NCBI GenBank assembly: GCA_040954595.2
Contig: CM082590.2
Location: 310,001-374,000 of the forward strand
DNA length: 64,000 nucleotides
Direction: 5' to 3'
Origin: Balanoglossus misakiensis
Lineage: Eukaryota; Animalia; Hemichordata
Each line of letters begins with the position of its first letter. The stretch's first letter is position 1. The notes beneath the pieces were generated by a model. The model did no database searches. It was given only the letters and a program-made list of their open reading frames with translations, and had not been told where the DNA came from. Both the position numbers and the translations under genes were made by a program. Positions 40,021 to 52,642 of this stretch are shown here, piece after piece.

Positions 40021-40861
40021 TAACTTACCAAACAAAATTCAACGTATAGCAATGCCTGGTATTTTGGATCACGACATTGTTTATATAGAGCTCAACATGA
40101 ATCCGGTATACAACAAACAGATACCTCGTAAAATACCACTGTATAAGAGAGCACGCTGGGATAGCCTGAGACAAGAAATTGCATCTTTCAAGTCAACATT
40201 CAACGAAATGGCTGCACAGAGATACAGTGTAAACGACATGTGGAATGCATTCAGAACATTTCTGGAGAACTCGATTTCAAAGCATAAACCACATAAAACT
40301 GCAAAATCAAAGAATGGCTTTCCATGGATTATGCAGGAAATAAGACAGCTAATACGGAAAAGAGATAAACTATACAAACAAATGAAAAAATCAGCCTATG
40401 TAAAGCATATTACACAATTTAAGAATTTAAAACACATTGTCCAAAGGAAGCTCAGACGAGCCTACTGCAGTCGCATCGATGACCCATATTAGGAGTTGCT
40501 TATTAGCATAAAAATTAACATATCATTAATATGTAGAACGCGATCTGACCAATGACGCGCCCGGAAAGCCGCGCCTCTCACCCATTTCCCCGCTCTTTGT
40601 TAAGAAAATCACGACCTTTTCTTTTCAAATGTAAATTTTGGGGTCAAATAAGCTGTTTTGGGATATCCCGTCAATTGAAAATAAGAAAGTACCAATCAAA
40701 CTTGCTACCGGGTCAATAAGAAAATTTTTCACCAGTGCTTTTGTGAAATATTTAATTTTGATTTTGGCGTCTACGATATTTTTTGAGGAATTCGCCTAAA
40801 AGACAGCGTTATTAGACAGAGCATGTAGATTGAAGGCGTTCATCGAGAGCCAAGGTTTCTT

Positions 40862-42010
40862 AGTGACGGTGATCACCTGACTTGTCTACTAGCTAGTATA
40901 TCACCGCGCACAGCAACCAAAGCAAAATAAAGCAACATGCACCCCCAAAAGACATACATGTATTAGTATACTGTTGAACAGTTACATGTAAACAACGCCG
41001 TTGAAATATGATGCGGACGCCTGGGAAGTATACAGGCACTTGCAATGGGTGCCGCCCGCCCGTGTCCTCGCCCCTCGCTAGACAGATGATGGCCGAATAT
41101 TTCCTAAACCATGGAGGTACTAAGAGTAAGAGATGCCAAAGGAACGCCTGTTGTCTTTATTCTAGACAATGTGGTTGCGTTATAGTTGTGCAAAGTTTGA
41201 TTTTGCCGATACTACTCCCCCTCTACTGTCCAGCATGTAACTGCGTGCTGCCCACCCTCACCGCATGTACGTCGCCACACAAACAGGCTGACAGTCATGA
41301 TTGTAGCCTGGACAAATGATTGTATATTTCGTCCTACGTAACATCATGGTAACATCAAAGGTTGTCATTTCACCACGATCATAATAAGCTCTACCATTTT
41401 AATTTTGTTGTGAGCCAACTTAAACTTTGAGCGGCTGGGCTGGAAATAATAATCCCTCTTCATGTAGTAATGCAAAGTAATGAGTTGCGACTTACAGACT
41501 AATAAACACTATGTCGAAACATGTCAGTCACTCTTTGCGGAGGGACGTCGTCGACTGAGGAAGAAAATCTTGTTTGAACACCAGCGCAGCCAGCCTGTAC
41601 GGTTTCCAGTTGGTCACTTCGCCGTTTTACTGCAACTTGCCCTTATCCGTCTAGGTCGTCAATTCATACACTAAGTCGCGTCATGTTCCCTACCTTTATT
41701 CAAAGAGTAACTCTCATGTTTTTTGTCGAAAACGTAGACAAATTCTTATTCCATCAAGACAAGAAATATTACCAGCCAGACTGACAGCATGAAAATCAAA
41801 AGTCATAGGTCAAAGGGTAGGGTTGAGTTCCGTTTTTTTCCATGATGAGCTTCAGTGTGATGCAAAATATTCAGTTCAGTCGCATAAACAAAAAATCAAT
41901 AGATAAATGTAATAACTGTCTACTAGCTTGTACTTGTTCTTTTAGAGGATGTATGGCCTGAAGAAAGGTCGTTTGTTTTGGAGATACCAGTCAGGTGATC
42001 ACCGTCACTT
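40862..42010. mobile_element. Nested TIR element (hAT-like ends)
   Basis: Inverted AGTGACGGTGATCACCTGACT pair; no matching TSD found. Confidence 0.5.
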
Positions 42011-42027
42011 CATTTCATGCATCAGTC

Positions 42028-43505
42028 CAGGTATGTAGGAGTACTTCGAAGTGCATACTCCGAGTTCAAAGACCGAGTCGGACTTCAAAGTCCGAGTACT
42101 CGGACTTGTACACTCCGAGTAGTGGCTGTACTTGGACTTGTATACACCGAGTTGCACTCGGTGCTCGGACTTGCGTACTCCGAGTTACACACTGCCTATG
42201 AAAGACAACGGACGGCAAAAATCCTGTTTTCATTTCTCAAGAAGTCATTTATTGCTTACTACCACGATCGGTGTCCATGATGTCTTGTTGCGCCAGTTTT
42301 GAATAGGCATGGGCTTTACATCCATAAAAACATTCACAGGGCTAGATCGGTCACGGAGTGACCACTCGTTCACACAGTCGCTCCCGGGCGTTCACTAAAG
42401 CATAGCACGTAACTGCACTCACACAACCGTTTTTCAAAATAAAAAAATATTACGTTTATTTAGACATAAAAACGAAGGGCAAGTATACCGATCACGGAAC
42501 AATGCGGAAGCGAGTAGTCAGATTCATCGCGCGATCATCGGATGAGCGCAGCTCGACCATATTTCAACCGATGACGTCAAAGGTCAGGTCATTCAAAAAT
42601 GGCGATTGTCGCATCGCAGTATGCGCATTTCGTGTTCGTTAGCGTAATTTTCTCTTAGCTACTTAAATTGACAAACCAATGAGCTCCTAATAAAATTCAG
42701 TGTAAAATCAGACTTGGATATGATCTAGTAGAAAGGAAAGGTCTGTATTTACAATCGTTCCCATCTGGATTCGAACGATAATGTTGATCTAAATGTTACC
42801 ATACTTGCACATTTGGTTTGCCAAGTTGTTCCTTATCTTACTTCAGTTTCGGCGCCCAGTTGCTGATGTTGCGGTAAATTCAAAGAGGTTATATCTAGAT
42901 TGATAACAATACTAACAGTGGGGTATTACGGGTGTCGTAAGAGGATTGTCTTACACTTTAAACAAACTGGCGAAGCATCCTACCGGGTAAGAAACCATTA
43001 ATCCTGTTTGTGTTTGCCGCAAAGCATATAAACTGTACAACAACTGTAGCAAAGTTGGAATCAACTTCACAAACCAATTACACAAGTGTGATAACATTTA
43101 GATCAACATGAACGTTCGAAGCCAGATGGGAACGACAGTAACCAAACGGAAATTACGCGTAGTGTGCATTTTGTACAGTACAGCATGTCAAGTTTGAAGT
43201 TATCATCTTGAAATAAAGTTGAATGTTGCGATACTTTCAAAACCCCTCGATTGATTTGACTGGAAGCTCAGTATCGAGTATTCCCACATTTTTATTGCAA
43301 TATCGAATATTATTTGTGCTTTTAAAAGCTGGCTTTTATTCAACTGTAACTCGGAGTACGCAAGTCCGAGCACCGAGTGCAACTCGGTGTATACAAGTCC
43401 GAGTACAGCCACTACTCGAAGTGTACAAGTCCGAGTACTCGGACTTTGAAGTCCGACTCGGTCTTTGAACTCGGAGTATGCACTTCGAAGTACTCTTACA
43501 TACCT
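42028..43505. mobile_element. hAT-type non-autonomous element
   Basis: 8-bp TSD CATCAGTC (42020-42027, 43506-43513); about 160-bp inverted arms packed with CCGAGT/ACTCGG motifs. Confidence 0.85.
42752..43138. mobile_element. Tc1/mariner-type MITE nested in the hAT element
   Basis: TA flanks; about 55-bp TIRs with core TCGTTCCCATCTGG.TTCGAACG. Confidence 0.7.
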
Positions 43506-44580
43506 CATCAGTCTGTCTATAATAACGCTGTCTTTCAGGCGAAATCCTCAAAAATAGCGTTGACGCCAAAATCAAAATTAAATATTTCACAAAAGCACTG
43601 GTGAAAATTTTTCTTATTGACCCGGTAGCAAGTTTGACTCGTACTTTCTTGTTTTCAATTGACGGGATATCCCCAAACAGCGTATTTGACCCCAAAATTT
43701 ACATTTGAAAAGAAAAGGTCGTGATTTTCTTAACAAAGGGCGGGGAAATGGGTGAGAGGCACGGCTTTCCGGGGCGTCATTGGTCAGATCGCGTTCTACA
43801 TATTAATGATATGTTAATTTTTATGCTAATAAGCAACTCCTAATATGGGTCATCGATGCGACTGTACTGAAACTACATCGAGGAAATAGTCACCCCTCAA
43901 CAAGATAATAACAGCTCACCAATGAAACGTTTCTGGACTTATATAAAACACAAAAAGTCAGGTAACAGTAGAGTAGCTCCACTAGTACACAATGGAAAAC
44001 TACATGATGATTCAACCCAGAAAGCAAACATTCTCAACAAATAGTTTCAGACTGCTTTCTCTAAAAAAGAAAACTTCACTTCAGACCAATTCACACAACG
44101 TTGCCATATGCCTGATGATAGTCGTGGTGTCGCAGCAGAAGATATTTCCATCTCTCCCTGTGGCGTTAGAAAGCTGTTAGCTGATCTAAATCCCCACAAA
44201 GCTGCTGGTCCTGATAATATCAAACCATATGTGCTGAAACAACTTACTAGCAGATGAATTAACACCTATACTAACTACTATATTCTGCATGTCCTATGAA
44301 GGTGGTGAAGTTCCACAAGACTGGCGCAAAGCTATTGTGACACCTATATTCAAGAAAGGTCAGAAGTATAAAGCAGAAAACTACAGACCCATATCACTTA
44401 CATGTATTTGTTGTAAATTTATGGAACACATTGTGACAAAACACATCATGAATCATGCAGAAACGCATAATATTTTCTATCCACTACAACATGGATTTAG
44501 ACAGCGTAGATCCTGTGAGACTCAGCTACTAGAGCTCATAGATGACTTGACCCAAAACATGGAAAATGGTAAACCAACAG

Positions 44581-47500
44581 CGCCAACGTGGACACAACCA
44601 CTGTGTTATCAGACACCAGCAAAGACTACAACCAGGCACGGAAGGTCGATAACAGGATCAGTTTTAATGCAAACGATCTTCACCGCTAATACAACATGGC
44701 GGACATACAAAACAAGAGAGAGAGCATAGGCACATGCAAAGCATTGTGGGTAGGGAGGTCAAAGGTAACACTGCAAATAACTAACACTGTCAAGTGGTGG
44801 CGTAACCACTTTTCTCCTTTTCTCTTTGAAAAAAAAACTGTGAAAATAGCTGAAACTGTTAGGGTACATTGCGGTACCATGGCAAACTCAAAAGGGCAGA
44901 AAACGCAGAAAACGAACGATAACATTATAACTGTACTAATGACACACATGTGTGGCAAAACAGTTTCCAAATACAAAGGGTGTTAAAAGTCCAAAACAAA
45001 GTCCTGTAAGTGTGTGGGGGTACGAAGACTTCGAGTTGACATTCTTGTTGCACCACTGTCTGGCTGGACACATGGCGGAGTTTCAGTCACTGTGGGTGAA
45101 GGGACACATCCATCAGACTCATATGAAGGCGGAGGCGCCTCGACTGCAGATGACGTGTTGCCGTTGTTCCCTGTGCTGACATCTGGCGATACTGGAAAGG
45201 GGACTGGCTCTAGGAAGTGACTGTCATTCGGGACTTCCTGAGGCGAGATTTCCGTTGGGATGTGTGGGGGCTCCGGGGGAACCACGCGCGGAGGGCCGTC
45301 TTCCTCATCTTCTGAGTTGTCGTGGACATGGTGTGGGGGTCGTGTATTAGTAGACGGTGGTACCACATAGCACTCTGATTGCTTAACACGGTAAGATGTA
45401 CTGCGAAGCTGATTACCACGAAATTTGCGAAGGAGACACCATGGATGGTCCACGCCAATAACTAGGTAACGGTCACGGGCCTGTGTTTTCTTACGATCTG
45501 AGTGAAGGTAGACGAGGTCACCTACATCGAGCACGGGCGCTACTGGAAATCTGCCCGATTGGGGCCTTCGAGTGTTCGCTGAACTGGTGGTTGTATCAGC
45601 TTGCGGTCATTGATCGGCAGCTGCGTGTGGTCAAACTGATCCCTCTGCATCCACATTTCACGTGCGGAAAGACCTCTTGAGCGGATGCGCGAGTTGACGT
45701 GAGCAACAGCAATGGCAAGGGACAGCGGTGTGACAGTAGCACAAAGTGGGTCTTGACGCAGCAGCTCGTCCTGAATTTTTTGGATGGCTCTGTCAGCTAC
45801 AGGATTCTTGTTTCGGTTTTTGGCACCCCCCACTTCAATGGTAAGGTTGTATTGACGAAGCAACTCATCGTTGGCTAATGCAGTAAAACCTGGCGCAGGG
45901 TCAGTTCTGATGACAGTGGGAGGGCCGTCAAGTGGGCGTAACTCGATGCAAAGCTGTACAAGGGCATTGCGAAGGGACTCATGTCGCTCATCAGGGATGA
46001 GGCAGGCAGTGGTAAAGGAAGTTGCACACTCACGGAGTACGAATATGAGTTGGCATTCCTGCTTGATGACATCCGCGGCGAAGGAAATTCCAACGACGTC
46101 TGGAGGGGGGTTGGAAGACTGCTCTCTATGGAATGTGTCATCTTACTGAGGGAAGCACAGTGGTGACATGTTGCGCATACCTGTTGAACTGACTTGTCCA
46201 TGTCCAATGCACAGAAATAACGATGCATGACCTGCTTCATTTGGTGGCATGTTGGGTGGTTGAGTCGTATGTGGGACGCTGTGAGTAGGCCGTCTAAAAC
46301 CTGACGTGGGATGATGATACGTTCCCTGGAAGGAGCATCAGTGACAATCCAGATCTGGTCAGATGGCCGTGGCAGTGATATTGTGTGGGTTGATGAAAGT
46401 GCTGCTTGGGCTGACTGGAATGCATGGAGTAAATTGTCTAACCATATAATGCGTTCATGAGACTGCAGACCAGCGGTTGCTTTCTCCAGTGGAGACAGTA
46501 TCGAAGCGCACCTTGGTATAACTCTGGCAAGGACTTTGTAAGCCCCAATAAAGGACCAGAGACCGCGAACATTGTCAGGACGTGCACAAGATGACAATGC
46601 AGCCACACGATGTGGGCTAGCACGTATTGTTCCCTGGTGCCAGACCCAGCCGAGGATGGTGACCATTTTAGGACAAACGGTGGTCTTGGTGGGAGACAAT
46701 CGTAAGTCGTTGTTTTGTAGGGCACTGAGGAGACGCTTCCAGTTCAGTTGTAGTTCTTCCACAGAGTTACCACCACAGAAGAGATTGTCGGCTAGCTTAG
46801 CGACGACACCTTCTTCCAGGAGGTCACCGAGAACGCGGCACATCAGCTCTTCCAGTGCTGTCTCAGATCCTGGCATTCCCATGGCAGATTTTGTGTACAC
46901 GCGAATACCACGGAATGGTGTAACCACGCCACAGTACTTGAGTGACTCGCGTGAAAGTGGAATCTGATAGAACGCTTTTGTAAGGTCCGTAGTAATTATA
47001 TACTTCCACTGGGCAATTTGTCGGAGTGTAGTGTCAACATCCGGCATAAGGGAAGGTTGGGGCTTGCTGTATCGTCCAACATCGGCGAAGGCAGTAACCA
47101 ATCTGGTCCCCCCGTTCGGTTTCTTCACAAGGAATGACGGGTTGATATATTCAACATTGATGTTGAGATCTTCAGGGCGAGCGAAGACACCCGTCTTCTC
47201 CATGTTTATCAAACTTGTGTGCGAGTTCTTTCAACTTGTCGCGTGAGTACTGGGGGAGCCAGCCTTTGCGTGAGGGGGTTGAACTGGGCCCATATTCACT
47301 GTGGCTTTGAAAGGACCGGATTTACTGTTGTAGCATTTGATGTCAGGGTTGAACACACTGTCAAACTCTCGGTGAATAGACTGAAACTCGTCTCGCTGTT
47401 CCGGTGATAAGTTGTCTTCATCAATGGTAATTGTAGATGAGTAACTTCCTGTTGACTGACTGGAGTTAATGTCTGGCTGTGTGTCTGTCAGGACGCTGCA

Positions 47501-49169
47501 GTCTGTCGGCGGGATAAAGACCGGCGATATCTGACAAAAGTGTTCGTTGCGTTTCAATTTTTGTGGTTTGCTTGTCAAGATGGGGATGCGAAGTTTCCCA
47601 GATACGCTATGGTATATGTCTGGGGTAGGCCAAGCCTTCTCGGGTGGACGATTACCGTTAAGTATCATGTTGCCGGTAGCACCACTGTCAATTGTCAGAC
47701 GTACTGTATGGTGTTTGTAGTATGCATCGAGGTACAGAGATTGACACACCTGAACTCTTGATATGGATGGATCGGCATTCATGTCGCTTTGTGATGAATC
47801 AGTATCAAGTTCGTATGTGTCTTCGGGGTCGTCATCAATAATGTCCGCAATGTGACGCGCCTTGGTCATAAAATTGCGGTCTTGATCGGGCAGGAACTTG
47901 CATACGCTGAGGAAATGGCTGTCTGGGCGCCCTGCTTGTTTGCATAGTGGGCAGGAGCGGTATCGCTGTTGACCCCGTTTGGGTTTAGTGGTGCCCATGG
48001 CACGGTTTCTGGGACGATCATCTTCAGGCATGAAACGGTTCCGTGACGTGGCAGCTCGCATGATAGTCGCCTCCTCTGTGGATCTGATCTCGTCCAAAAG
48101 GGATGTTAGGGCCTGAGATATCTCTGGTTTGATCGAGGCAAGTGTTCGTGTGCGGAGCTCAGTTCCGTAATGTTGTTTGACCAACTTTGGAAGGTCTTTG
48201 TGGATCAGCTGAAGCCAACGAAGAATGATGTAATTTTCTAATGACGGGGAGAGATCCTCATCCTCCGTGATTTTGTCTCCATGGTGAGTTATGTTACTAT
48301 CTTTACGGAGGAGATTGTCCTCAACAAAGGCAGTTAACCGCTGGAACAAGTCCTCTGGATGCTCGTCTGGTTCCAGACGGATGTCACAAAAATCCAGCAG
48401 ATGGGCGCCAGTTAGCTGGAATCCATAATGGAGGCGAATGGTTTGCCATATACAGTCAAGCGATGTTGATTTCTGCACAATGGTGTTGCTGGCAATTATG
48501 GGACAGAAATTGGCAATCTGACCCAACATGAGTTCTAATGCGGATGCCTTCTGTTGTGCAGTACGGCTTATGGGGTCGGAATGAGTTCCCCATCGTCTGT
48601 GAATCCTCTATGGACGACAGACTTGGATCTTTTTCCCCATGTAGCGCCCTCATCCAGGAAGGGAGAGAAATTAGAGTCTAGAGATGAGGTGTAAATCAAG
48701 TTCTGGCGCCAGCTCTCAAATGATGTGATAGTTTCGGACTTACTTAAGCACCACTGTTTAGGAGCTCGCTGTACACCCGTCATGTTTGGGTAGGTTTCCT
48801 CGACGAAATGTGACTTCAAGTTACGTATGTGTAACTCACTGGCTGTTCACTTATGTGTGTAGAAGTCCTACTGTGACTGAATGTTCAGCAACTGGAAATT
48901 ACCGTATTGTCGCCAATGACGTGAGTAGACGATCGACGCTGCCACCACGCCAACATGGACACAACCACTGTGTTATCAGACACCAGCAAAGACTACAACC
49001 AGGCACGGAAGGTCGATAACAGGATCGGTTTTAATGCAAACGATCGTCACCGCTAATACAACATGGCGGACATACAAAACAAGAGAGAGAGCATAGGCAC
49101 ATGCAAAGCATTGTGGGTAGGGAGGTCAAAGGTAACACTGCAAATAACTAACACTGTCAAGTGGTGGCG
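44581..49169 (-). mobile_element. Troyka-type Gypsy-like LTR retrotransposon, internally deleted
   Basis: 222-bp LTRs (44581-44802, 48948-49169; about 3 differences) with CGCCA...TGGCG ends and a 3-bp TSD CAG. PBS TGGTGGCAGCG at 48937-48947; PPT at 44803-44828. Confidence 0.9.
44983..48783 (-). pseudogene. Gag-Pol of the Troyka-type element (frameshifts and deletions)
   Basis: Gag RAPKQWCL...; knuckle CPLCK....SHFLSVC; protease TIDSGATG (truncated); [24 protein letters not shown]; RNase H cut after IVTDA; integrase HHCC and core at 45540-46300. Confidence 0.88.
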
Positions 49170-51121
49170 CAGATGTCCTAGTCATGGACTTTTCCAAAGC
49201 CTTTGATAGAGTCTGTCACAATTTGCTGGTTCACAAGCTACATCACTATGGTATAAGGGGTAAAACCCTTAATTGGATACAATCCTTCCTCCATCAACGT
49301 AGCCAATTAGTAGTGATAGACGGTACATCATCAGACACTGTATCAGTTGAATCAGGAGTCCCACAAGGCTCTGTACTGGGCCCATCTTTGTTCTTACAAT
49401 CTGATCTAAACAAACTAGCAGCGTGGGCCAACAAATGGAAAATGTCTTTTCATCCAGACAAATGCTCTGTTCTGTCAGTAACAAGGAAACGTTCAATGAT
49501 AATTAACCAGTACAGTTTAAACGGTAAAAAAAAGATAATCAAACACAGCTCATCCGAAAAGTATCTAGGGTGCACACTGACAGCTGATCTTGATTGGCAC
49601 CAACATATTACTTTAATATGCAATAAAGCAAACAAAACTCTTGGTTTCCTCCGTAGAAATCTCAACATAGGATCGACATGGGTGAAAGAGGCATACGCAA
49701 CACTTGTAAGACCACTAGTTGAATACGCCTCCACTGTCTGGGACCCTTATGAACAGACCGACATAGCTTTGATAGAAAAAATACAAAGACGCGCTGCACG
49801 CTACGTGACTGGCAGATTTTGAAATCGCTCTAGTGTTGACAACATGATAAATATTGGACATCATTAGAACAACGTAGAAAAGAAGCCAGACTATCGATGC
49901 TATATAAAATTTCAACAGGAACTGTTGCCATGAACAATCTTCAGCATCTCCAACCCCTGCTAAGACTCACTAGACACATGCATAGTAAAAGTTATAAAAT
50001 TCCTACAGAAAATATTCCTTCTTTCCAAGAACAATCAAAGACTGGAATAGTATACCACCAGACATCATATCTGCAGGGTCACATGAATCCTTCAAATCTT
50101 TTTGGCACTACACTTCACCAAACCAGAAAACTGACATTTTTGATGTCCTGTACTAGGGTGCACTCACTGGCAAAGCCTTCAATATGTTGAAGTTGGCCAG
50201 TAAGGTAGATAGATAGATAGATATTTATGATCGTTTTTTTCCAACTGAAAGTGCCGTTCACACAAATTGTTGATTTTCTCTGTTCGGTTTTGGGCTCTGA
50301 AGTGCAACTTCAAAAGAGTGTAACTTAGCAACGCGTGCACAGATTGTTTTGATTTTTGGCCTGAGGAAGGGAACAATACCTGTCTCCAAACTCTTAGATC
50401 GGATTTCCAATAAAGTTGATAGAACAAAAGAAATCACCACACAAGTGAACAAAAGTCGATAATTTATGCAAAAATAGACAGTTGACACTTTAAAGGCTCA
50501 TTGTTCGTAAACAAAAGTGAATATCAACATATGGTATTTTTACCACTATACTCACTACTCAGCTGTCGATTGCCGATAACAGATCACCTGGAGGCATTGT
50601 CTTTTTTTATTGCCACTCCTTTAAGTAAAAAAAACTTAAAATCGTGCATTTTTTAGCAAAACGAGAAAGAGAACAGAAAGTTTGGAAACTAAACCAGATT
50701 TTCATAAACTTCAAGTATAGAGCTAACAGAAAATATATAATGTGTTGGTGGGAAACATGAAATATAAGGAGAAAAAATAGATTAAAAACAAGTGTCATAA
50801 AAGGTACATCTCTACCTTAAAATCATGGAAAAAAAAAACATTTACTTAATTTCTTGATATTTGGCCTAAAAATCTCCAATATTAAATTTATGCAAATTAG
50901 ACATATTTCCACAAGGTGGATTTGGGTGCATTTTTTATGTTGTTCTAGACACCTCTCCAAAATGCATTTTGAAGAAAAAAATTATGTTGCAATTTGTGGT
51001 GGGTCTAGCCCTATATTGACCAGACTATATAGAGAGGCCCATTAATGTGCATTAGATTGGACAGGGACTGCAATAAAGTGTCAATTATAAAGAGGTGGCT
51101 TCTAACACAGGTTTGTCTTAC

Positions 51122-51376
51122 CGTGTCTGTACTTCTTCAATGTTATCTTGTGTCTGAGGGAAGTCACCCCTGATAATGTCTCCATCGCTCAGTAAACTTT
51201 GTGAGAGATCTGAAACACTTCTCATCACAGGCTTGGATTTCTTTGCTGGTGCCCTGGAAAGATTTGCCACATCCATCCTGGCTTTCCCGAGTTGTTTTTC
51301 CAGCTGTACATTACGTTGTCTCAACTGTGCAAGATGGGTTTCCGCTTCTGTGATGCTTTGCTGTGATTCATCATTC
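51122..51376 (-). CDS. CCDC13: CCDC13 internal exon (coiled coil)
   Basis: AG/GTAAG boundaries, 255 bp, phase 2-2. Encodes NDESQQSITEAETHLAQLRQRNVQLEKQLGKARMD...DNIEEVQTR and joins both neighbouring exons in frame. Confidence 0.85.
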
Positions 51377-51412
51377 CTAGACAAACAGAGAAATGTTGTG
51401 AGTTGAATTGAA

Positions 51413-51980
51413 AACTCGCGTCAAGGACACAGCGGTCCCATTGAGGGATTACACAAGAAAAAGTCTACACCGGAGTACATGGCCATATACAGACAGACAC
51501 ACACACATATACAGAGAGATCAATGGGCAAACACTGACTGACCCATAAGCTGCCAATGGCATATGTACTGTACATACACTAAATAGAACAGCTGGCCTCT
51601 ATAAAACTTAGCCAGTTATGTAATCATTCTTGAATTTGCTGTGTTTATATGAAACACAGGAGGGAGTTCATGCCTAATTAAAACAACTCAGTAAAGTAAA
51701 TACACACCACTTCGCAAAGCAATCTGACCAGTAGTTCTTGAGTTACTGAGTTTTGTGCAAATTCACATTTTTCCAGCTAATTTGCATATTTTTGGCAATG
51801 ACAACTCATTTGAACAAACTCCCATCTACAGCCCAGCCTGCATCTGCACACCAAATATAGAGGTTATACGCGCAGCGGTTTTCAAGTTTTTGATGTGGAC
51901 GGACATACAGACATACATCCATACATACAGACGCAACCGATCCCATAAGGTCCCATGGTAAAAACCAATGGGACCTAAAA
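51413..51980 (-). mobile_element. HINE family A, complete copy (plus a partial repeat to about 52130)
   Basis: 5' IR and microsatellite at 51900-51980; 3' sub-TIR TGGGACC plus palindrome at 51415-51440. Confidence 0.6.
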
Positions 51981-52438
51981 ATTGAATTCAAGACAAGACT
52001 TGCATAATTTCGGCAATGACAACTTCATTTGAACAAAATTCCATCTACAGCCTTCACCTTTACACTGGATATCGAGGTGATAGGCACAGCCGTTTTCAAG
52101 TTTTGATGTGGACATACATATTACATATATACATGCGAAGATAAAGACTAAACATTTCATAAAGCCACACAGAGTATAAGAAGAAATCAGAGTTGATACA
52201 TAGGAGAAAATACTGTAATAAGAGTTTGATGTACTCTATTAAACATCTCTGACAAATTTAATTCCGTCAATTTATCTGTACTTGACCATCATTTGTCTTT
52301 TGGGATTATATTTGTTTCACCCTTTCACCACCATGGTTTGGTCCAAATCCAATGTTTTCTATTTTCTATTCTGTTGGACCTCTATACATGGGACTTGGGG
52401 GGAAAGGGTTATGATTCCATTTTCATTTCTGTAATTAC

Positions 52439-52567
52439 CTTTGTTGTAGCACCGCCACTAATTCCATCAATTTATCTCTTTCTACTTCAGCAACTTGCCC
52501 CAGTGATTTGTATTCTTGACACTGCAGTTTCAATTCTTCTATGGCCGAGTTGTTTGCCGTCACACAG
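52439..52567 (-). CDS. CCDC13: CCDC13 internal exon
   Basis: AG/GTAAT boundaries, 129 bp, phase 2-2. Encodes CVTANNSAIEELKLQCQEYKSLGQVAEVERDKLMELVAVLQQR, matching the CCDC13 motif AEVERDRL.E.V.VLQKR. Confidence 0.85.
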
Positions 52568-52642
52568 CTAAGAATCAAAGACTGAAATATTAATCACTAG
52601 TGTCACTGCAGTTTTATCAACACTTTGAATAAGTTCATCTGG

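Larger units (their letters stand above)
40468..43864. mobile_element. Unclassified DNA transposon with about 350-bp TIRs and 5-bp TSD
   Basis: TIR CAGTCGCATCGATGACCC...; TSD TACTG at 40463-40467 and 43865-43869; no transposase ORF. Confidence 0.9.
38776..50222 (+). pseudogene. CR1-group LINE ORF2 (APE endonuclease and RT), degenerate, split by three insertions
   Basis: Pieces at 38776-39321, 40021-40467, 43865-44580 and 49170-about 50100 carry TETWL, GGGV, GDFN, LDLFIT, DHD, GPDNI, NYRPISLT, QHGFR, DFSKAFD and GVPQGSVLGP. The YADD region is deleted. An (AGAT)n tail lies at about 50205-50222. Confidence 0.9.
37932..50816. mobile_element. Kolobok-type element expanded to 12.9 kb by nested insertions
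   Basis: TIR GGTAGAGATGTA / TACATCTCTACC with TTAA at 37928-37931 and 50817-50820. Removing it restores the right arm of the foldback element. Confidence 0.8.
34026..51020. mobile_element. Long-armed foldback element, expanded by nested insertions
   Basis: The left arm (about 34026-34720) is the reverse complement of a right arm now in pieces at about 37060-37215, 37790-37931 and 50817-51020. Confidence 0.7.
33966..51120 (-). mobile_element. Old diverged pogo-type MITE split into two halves 17 kb apart
   Basis: 33966-34022 and about 51022-51120 are the colinear halves of the reverse-complemented 179-bp MITE. Confidence 0.7.

Noticed and set aside
42028-43505. Regular CCGAGT/ACTCGG palindromic arrays resembling a CRISPR or operator array
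   Set aside because: They are the mirrored subterminal arms of a hAT-type element with an 8-bp TSD. There are no unique spacers or cas genes, and the context is eukaryotic.
44289-44729. 146-aa ORF as a novel fusion protein
   Set aside because: It is LINE RT reading through into the antisense Troyka LTR at the insertion junction.
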